The notes under the pieces: model-generated
What the model saw: only the letters and a program-made list of their open reading frames with translations
Databases searched by the model: none
What the model was told of the DNA's origin: nothing
Made by a program: the position numbers and the translations under genes
Assembly: GCA_965263035.1 (NCBI GenBank)
Contig: OZ253580.1
Location: 1,824,001-1,888,000 of the forward strand
DNA length: 64,000 nucleotides
From: Acidobacteriota bacterium
Lineage (GTDB): Bacteria > Acidobacteriota > UBA6911 > RPQK01 > JAJDTT01
Direction: 5' to 3'
Shown: positions 58,901 through 64,000 of the stretch, in pieces
Numbering within the stretch: position 1 is the stretch's first letter
Layout of the letters: the number at the start of each line of letters is the position of its first letter

Positions 58901-59625
58901 GCGCCCGACGAGCGGCCCTGGTCGGCATTCGCCGTGGTCGTCACGACGCGGAATTCCTGGATCGAATCCAGCGTGTTGCGAAGGACGCTGGTGAAGGGCA
59001 GGCGTCCGTCCTGGTCGTTCACGTCGACCCCGTCCAGCGTCACGTTCGACTGGTCGCTCTGGGCTCCGTTGACGGAACCGTTCCTGATATCTCCCGACAA
59101 TTGGGCGTCCAGCGGGTCCGCGGTAAGGAACGTGACACCCGCCTGCAGCGAGAGCAGGCCGGCCGGGTTTCGCGCATTCAACGGCAATTGACCGATCGGC
59201 TTGGTTCCGAACGCGTTTCCGACCGATGCATCGGTAGTGTTCAACTGTCTGGCCGCTGCGGACACCGTGATGGATTCCTCGAGCGCCTCGACGTCGAATC
59301 TCACGGGAATCTCGACCTTGGTGTTGACGAGCAACGTGACACCTTGAATAGTCACCGATTTGAAGCCCGGCTGAGACGCTGACAGCGTGTAGGAACCGGG
59401 TGGGAGCTGGGCAAAGACGTAAAGCCCCTCGTCGCTCGACAATACGGTTCGCAGGAGACCGTTCGCCTCGTTGGTGACGGTGACCTCCGCACCAGGCAGG
59501 ACGCCCCCGGTCTCGTCAGTGACCACCCCGCTCAGACTGCTTGACTGAGCGTAGGAATATGGAGCGGCGACGAGGATCGTCACCAGGAAGGCCAGGAACG
59601 GAGAGTAGACGTGCAATGGTTTCAT
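55915..59625 (-). CDS. Oar-type TonB-dependent receptor with carboxypeptidase regulatory-like N-domain
   Basis: Signal peptide from ATG 59625; GVVTDETG.VLPGA, TKSGSNEIHGS, NFSPRL, PRVMQFGLRYEF. Confidence 0.9.
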   Translation of the reverse strand: MKPLHVYSPFLAFLVTILVAAPYSYAQSSSLSGVVTDETGGVLPGAEVTVTNEANGLLRTVLSSDEGLYVFAQLPPGSYTLSASQPGFKSVTIQGVTLLVNTKVEIPVRFDVEALEESITVSAAARQLNTTDASVGNAFGTKPIGQLPLNARNPAGLLSLQAGVTFLTADPLDAQLSGDIRNGSVNGAQSDQSNVTLDGVDVNDQDGRLPFTSVLRNTLDSIQEFRVVTTTANADQGRSSGAQVSLVTKSGSNEIHGSLYEYHRNTVTAANDFFNNRAGVDRPKLIRNVFGASVGGPVKNDRFFYFVNYEGRRDASEGSAVRRVPTASMRDGFVRYRSASGEIQTLSPEFISSRIDPLGTGPNPATLQYFSSFPEPNDSTVGDGLNTAGFRFAASTPLVWNTFISKLDWNLDRNGGHRMFLRTNYQNDSISSVPQFPGQPPNRETADTSRGWAVGYDGTFGTNVLGTFRYGFTGQKLVISGVQTESRASLGDSIIDDMEGSTTPRDTYLPTQTVAGDFSVIRGSHTLQFGGVFFSTRNQRLSYGNSFHFAKQAAWALFDAPTVFDGPLAVAPANPGIYRETMATALGVLNFFDANYNYDLAGNPLSLGDPVSRTFGAEQFELYLQDTWRVQPGLTVTAGLRWSIMPPVREVNGLQVSITPGLDQYIAHRLDLAASGRPTRDAGPIGFVGVDDPQGGPLWATHYKNFSPRLAVAFSPDFGDGFLGKLFGGPGRTSIRAGAGIFYSSFGMGMMQMLDRNAFGLTSKVTNQISTVAASPRFAGLSNLPAAGILPPPPGGPGTPNPMGLGWSQGVDSSVVPPYSINPTFSLARELDGGYLIEIGYVGRLGRRLLVNDTASAQYANFKDPVSGGYLLDALQDLELMARSGTPTGAVQPIAFWESLYSGAATPDATATQRVYDVIRSGSPDTGTSLYYIDYACSPFCSDLGPGAFMNPQFWAFDALRSFGTSTYHSMQVSLRKAFSKGFQFHLNYTLSKSTDLVSVSARRTQGQRFGQIPGDTYWSAFSVINSWDREAQRAVSDFDMRHQWNANWVAELPVGRGKALLPDLGPAGQALLGGWQVSGLMRVTSGLPLSVLNGLAWPTCYCYQHFAETDGQVPEQTNTKNARLIGGGSGPNVFSDPAAALASFRQVLPGEVGQRNNLRGDGIFSIDMALGKRFPMPFEGHSVQFRAEVFNLTNSVRFNANAWETLSFVFPGSFGNYSQVMIPPRVMQFGLRYEF

Positions 59626-60144
59626 CGTGTGATTTCTCCTCACCAAGGCCGACGCCGGGACTGTCCCGGCATTTTTCTCCCTTTGATTGGCAGATCGATG
59701 GAGACTCGGATGAAATAATTCGAAAGAGAAATCATTTCCAAAAGATCCGGACACGCGACCACGCTTGATTGCGTCGAATTCCAGCTTCGCGGTGATACCG
59801 GCAATGGAAGCTCCCGGTTGGAACTGGGAGTGGCACAGCTTCCAATCTTTGCCTGCCGTGAAGGCCCGCCCAAGCTGGGTGAAGAAATTTTAACTCTTTG
59901 TGGCCGGTTGGCGCCCCCCCTGCTACAAGTTGCGATCTTCGCGACATGGAGCGCGATCTTATGTACCCCGAGGATAACAGACTGTGACCAATGGTTCACA
60001 CGGGGACGAATCTGGAGTTCGGGATCGGTTCGACGCCGGTGAGACCTCATTCAGAATTCCAATCCGGCAATTCGGGACACACTGTACGAAGATGAAATCC
60101 GCCGTCGGTCGTACCCCATGCGACTCCGAAAGAGAGGATAACCG

Positions 60145-61653
60145 ATGTCCCTGAAAATGGTGAGACCTCATCACGGACTCCTCCTCTTGATACTGGCTGG
60201 CGCCGGGCTCCACGCCTCACCCGAGACCATCGACGTGGGGTCCCGCAAGCAACTGTTCGTGGATGACCTCTATATCGAGTCGAGCTACGGAGTCCGGCTC
60301 ACCATGAACCCACCGTGGCAGGACCGGCGAATCCTCCTGGAGCCGGACCAGAACTGGGAGGGTCCCGGACAGGGTGGCTCCATCGGCCCCTATTCCAGCG
60401 TGCTCAAGGACAACGGGAAGATCCGCCTCTGGTATGACCAGCGCCAATACGGCGACGACCGTTTCCCGGACGTGCTGAGGGTCTGCTACGCCGAGTCCGA
60501 CGACGGTTTGGTGTTCGTCAAACCGCACCTGGGACTTTACGAGGCCGACGGGTCCCGCCAGAACAACATTGTGCTTCCCGGCAAGATCGGAGGCTCGTCC
60601 GTCTGGATCGATCCCCACGCTTCGCCAGAGCACCGGTACAAGAACCAAGCCAAGGTCTATCCATCCAACGAACTCCATCTCCACACCTCGCCGGACGGGT
60701 ATCGCTGGAAGCTCTTCTCCACGCTGGGTCCGGGTCCAGGCGGCTGGGACACCCAGAGCATCATTTTCTGGGATCCGCCGTCGTCGCGTTACCTCCTGTT
60801 CACCCGGTACTGGACCCGATTCGAAGACCGGAACCGGAACTTTCGCTCGGTGCGCCGCCTGGAGTCCCGCGACCTCGTCCACTGGACCAATCAGAGCATC
60901 GTAGTGGGCCCGGACGCCATCGACCGGAGGACCCATGCCACACCCACCGGCCAGCCGCCGGTGGACTACTACGGTGCCGACGTCTTCCGGTACGAGGAAG
61001 CGGACCAGGTCTACATCCTCCTGGCCCAAGCCTTCTGGCACTGGAAGCCGAGACCCCCCGTGTCCGGATTGGGTCCCAGCGCCATGGATGTGCGCCTGCT
61101 CGTAAGCCGGGACGGGAAACAATTCCGGCGGGTGGGAGAGAGAAAGCCCTTCCTTCGGATGGGACCTCCCGGAAGCTTCGACTCGGCCCGGGTCTGGACC
61201 CTGCCCCACCCCGTTCGCTTGGGTGACGAACTCTGGATCTACTACAACGGGTCCAACCAGGACCATGACCGGCAGTTGGATCCAGAGTCTTCCAGTCACC
61301 GGACGGGCATCGGCCGGGCCGTCATGAGGCTGGACGGCTTCGTATCCGTGGACGCGCCGTACGGCGGCGGCCGCTTCACCACTCCGCCGATCCGTTTCAG
61401 CGGGTCACGACTGGAATTGAACCTGGACACAGGTGGGGGAGGTCAGGCTGTGGTGGAGATTCTGGACGAATCGGGGCGAACCGTACCCGGTTTCTCGCGC
61501 GAGGAGGCGCTGCCCCTGAACGGGAACTCGGTCCGCCTGCCGGTGCGCTGGAAAGGAGACCCGGACTTGGAGAAACTGGCGGGCCAGCCGGTCCGCCTCC
61601 GGTTCCGTCTTCAGGATTGCAAGCTCTACGCCTTTCAGTTCAAGGAGAACTAA
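60145..61653 (+). CDS. GH-like beta-propeller protein, paralog 5
   Basis: Signal peptide; QLFVDD, AESDDG..F.KP.LG, SRDG, RLDGF. Confidence 0.75.
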   Translation: MSLKMVRPHHGLLLLILAGAGLHASPETIDVGSRKQLFVDDLYIESSYGVRLTMNPPWQDRRILLEPDQNWEGPGQGGSIGPYSSVLKDNGKIRLWYDQRQYGDDRFPDVLRVCYAESDDGLVFVKPHLGLYEADGSRQNNIVLPGKIGGSSVWIDPHASPEHRYKNQAKVYPSNELHLHTSPDGYRWKLFSTLGPGPGGWDTQSIIFWDPPSSRYLLFTRYWTRFEDRNRNFRSVRRLESRDLVHWTNQSIVVGPDAIDRRTHATPTGQPPVDYYGADVFRYEEADQVYILLAQAFWHWKPRPPVSGLGPSAMDVRLLVSRDGKQFRRVGERKPFLRMGPPGSFDSARVWTLPHPVRLGDELWIYYNGSNQDHDRQLDPESSSHRTGIGRAVMRLDGFVSVDAPYGGGRFTTPPIRFSGSRLELNLDTGGGGQAVVEILDESGRTVPGFSREEALPLNGNSVRLPVRWKGDPDLEKLAGQPVRLRFRLQDCKLYAFQFKEN

Positions 61654-61882
61654 CCAGGCGGAAAACGGAATCGAGATCACTCAGGTTGCCAACACCAGGA
61701 AATGGATCTGCCCAGGAGCCTGCGCCGCAGAAATTGATCTACTGCGAAAGTGGTAGAATCGGTCCATATTTCCCCGATTTCTCGGCGAATAGCACAACTA
61801 TGCACCTCAAAATCGAGAAAATCTGGCCTCGATTCCCCACTTTCTCGCTACGATCATTTCTACCGCGCAGACTCCTAGCCCA

Positions 61883-62860
61883 TTGAATTTCGACCTCCAG
61901 ACACTCCGAGGGGATCTCTCCGGCGGTATCACCTCCGCGGTGGTGACGCTGCCGGTCGCATTGGCCTTCGGCGTGGCGTCGGGCCTGGGGGCGGCCGCGG
62001 GCTTGTACGGCGCTATTGCCGCCGGCTTTTTCGCGGCTCTGTTCGGCGGAACGCGGGCACGATTCACGCGTTGCCCGGGGTGGTGGCCAACATCAATGGC
62101 AGCGCCTTTGCCATCGCCTCCCTGACGCTGGTTGTCGTATCGATCTGGCCCCGGCGCCTGGCGAGACTGCTGCCCGCTCCCCTGCTGGCCCTGGTTGGCG
62201 GGACACTGGTGGGCCTGTTGTGGCTCAGTGACGCCCCCGTCATCGGACCCGTGCCTGGAGGCCTGCCGGAACCGCAGTTGATCTTCCCCTCCGCCGGCTT
62301 CATGGCGGGTGCCCTCCAACCCGCGCTCATTCTTGCCCTGCTCGCCTCCGCGAACAGCCTTCTCACGTCCCTGGTCGCCGATTTCCCTAACTGGCGGACA
62401 CCACAATCCCAACCGGGAACTGGTGGGTCAGGGGATCGGCAACATGGTCGCGGGACTCATCGGAGGCGTGCCCGGAGCCGGGGCCACCATGGGAACCGCC
62501 ATCAACATACGGGCCGGCGCCCTGACCCGGGCATCGGGGGCCTTTTCCGCGGTGGTCCTGCTGGTGTTTCTATTGGGTCTTGGCCATTACGTGGAGCCGA
62601 TTCCCCGGGCCGTTCTCGCGGGCCTCCTGATCAAGGTCGGCTGGGACATCGTCGACTGGAATCTTCTCACCCGGCTTCACCGCATCCGGCGCGAACACGC
62701 GGCAGTCATGCTGATCACGCTGGGCCTGACGGTGTTCGTCGACCTGGTGACCGGCATCGCCATCGGGCTGATCGCCGCGGGAATGACTCACGCACGGCAG
62801 TTGGAACGCCTGGAGATGGACAGCGTCGTCTCGGTTCCGCTGCTGGACCAGACCTTCTTT
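61883..62860 (+). pseudogene. SulP/SLC26 (BicA-like) anion transporter pseudogene
   Basis: GDLSGG..LPVALAFG..AGLYGA in one frame, an apparent internal deletion near 62065, a frameshift near 62385 before NRELVGQGIGN, and truncation before the STAS domain. Confidence 0.85.
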
Positions 62861-62866
62861 TGGGGC

Positions 62867-64000
62867 CTATATATCTGACTTGACGTCAGCACACAGTTCC
62901 GGCGCCACGCTCGGCCCACTGGCCCACGTTTCGGCACCCAGGGCAAGAACCCCCGCCCTGAGAATGTTCAGGGCTGCATTATGGTCCCTGTCCATTCTGA
63001 GATCACAGGCTGAGCAGCGATACGTCTCGCTCCTTCCCGGTCGATTCCGGGCACCACAACGGTGACAGTCCTGCGACGTGTATTGTGGGTTGACTTCCAC
63101 GAACTCCCGACCGGCCCACTCTGCCTTGTACTGGAGTTGATTCCGCAGCAGCCCCCATTGCTGTGAGAGCATCTCCCGATTCAAGCCCTTCGTCGTCATC
63201 CCCTTGATGTCCAACTTCTCCACCGCAATCAGTCCGTTCTTGCGGATGATCTCAGTGGTCTGCCGGTGACAGGAATTCCGGTTGCGTACACCCTCCCGGA
63301 AACGCATTCCCGCCAACCGGCGGACTCTCTTCTTCCTCCGGTTCGACCCCCGCCGGCACCGAGCAATCTTTCTCTGTTGCCGCCTGATCTCCGCCCAGTC
63401 CCGGGTGTTGCGTTCGATTCGTTCACCGGTGGACATAACCGCCCGCTTGCGGACACCCAGGTCGATTCCGACCGCCGATGCACACTTCGGCAGCGGCTGC
63501 TTCTCGACTTCATAGGTCAGATCCACGTACACCCGATTCGGCTTGCGGACGATCCGCAACGCCTTCAGTTCACCATCGGGCAAGGGCCGGGCCGGGAACA
63601 ACCGAATCGTCGGAAAGCCCTGGGGACGGATGGCGTATCCCCGGGCCCGCTTTTTCACCATCGTCGTCCTGGGATCGACGATATCAATGGTCTCCATCCT
63701 GGAGATCGGTCGGAACCGGGGATACCCAGGATCCTCTCCCGCCTTGGAGCGCCGGAAGAAGGCCTGGAAGGCTGGCTCCAAGCGAAACAACATCCCCCTC
63801 TCGGCCTTGACGGCAATGGCCCCGAGCCCGTCCGGATCGTTTCTCCGCTGCTGCGTCAAACCCCGCAACTGGTCATACAGAGTCACGGATTTCTCATCCT
63901 TCTCCCAGGTGTCCTTACGCTCCTCCAGGGCGGAGTTGTAGAGGCGGTTCAAAACTGATCTGATCCAATCCAGACGCCGAAGCCCTCCCTTGGACATCTT
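62867..64000 (-). CDS. tnpB: TnpB RNA-guided endonuclease (IS200/IS605 or IS607 related), probably 5' partial
   Basis: RuvC residues GIDLG, AVEKL, DRDHNAALNI; zinc finger TSQDCHRCG...CSAC; frame open to the window edge. Confidence 0.92.
   Translation of the reverse strand, partial: KMSKGGLRRLDWIRSVLNRLYNSALEERKDTWEKDEKSVTLYDQLRGLTQQRRNDPDGLGAIAVKAERGMLFRLEPAFQAFFRRSKAGEDPGYPRFRPISRMETIDIVDPRTTMVKKRARGYAIRPQGFPTIRLFPARPLPDGELKALRIVRKPNRVYVDLTYEVEKQPLPKCASAVGIDLGVRKRAVMSTGERIERNTRDWAEIRRQQRKIARCRRGSNRRKKRVRRLAGMRFREGVRNRNSCHRQTTEIIRKNGLIAVEKLDIKGMTTKGLNREMLSQQWGLLRNQLQYKAEWAGREFVEVNPQYTSQDCHRCGARNRPGRSETYRCSACDLRMDRDHNAALNILRAGVLALGAETWASGPSVAPELCADVKSDI

Noticed and set aside
59820-59855. Sigma-54 promoter (TGGCAC...)
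   Set aside because: There is no TTGC at the required -12 spacing.

Overview
GC-rich 64 kb bacterial window. An Oar-type TonB receptor, DUF1553/DUF1501, tandem PhyH dioxygenases, a sialidase-like protein and five paralogous GH-like beta-propeller proteins suggest Acidobacteriota, possibly a marine or sponge symbiont; this is inference. Most of the window is catabolic or periplasmic genes: GGT, an NAD-linked formate dehydrogenase, Ldh_2 and PhyH pairs, a PQQ dehydrogenase, a penta-heme cytochrome, ALDH and AKR. The most informative content is the mobile and repeat layer. (1) A complete IS110 element (32897-34450) is inserted at a CT core in a REP palindrome. All four guide segments of its bridge RNA can be read from the 5' non-coding end and match the reconstructed target and donor, and it has an unusually long structured 3' end. 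(2) A Y1/RAYT-type transposase unit lies between two 202-bp copies of a gene 3' end that differ mostly at synonymous sites; beside it, an array of iterated half-REP units supplies that gene's stop codon. (3) A small island after tRNA-Arg(TCT) carries a SAMHD1-like HD hydrolase plus a YwgA/SocA-like partner, a candidate defence or TA pair. (4) A TTAA-flanked MITE rewrites a gene's C-terminus. (5) A TnpB element truncates an already decayed sulP gene. No CRISPR array, rRNA or reverse transcriptase was seen.
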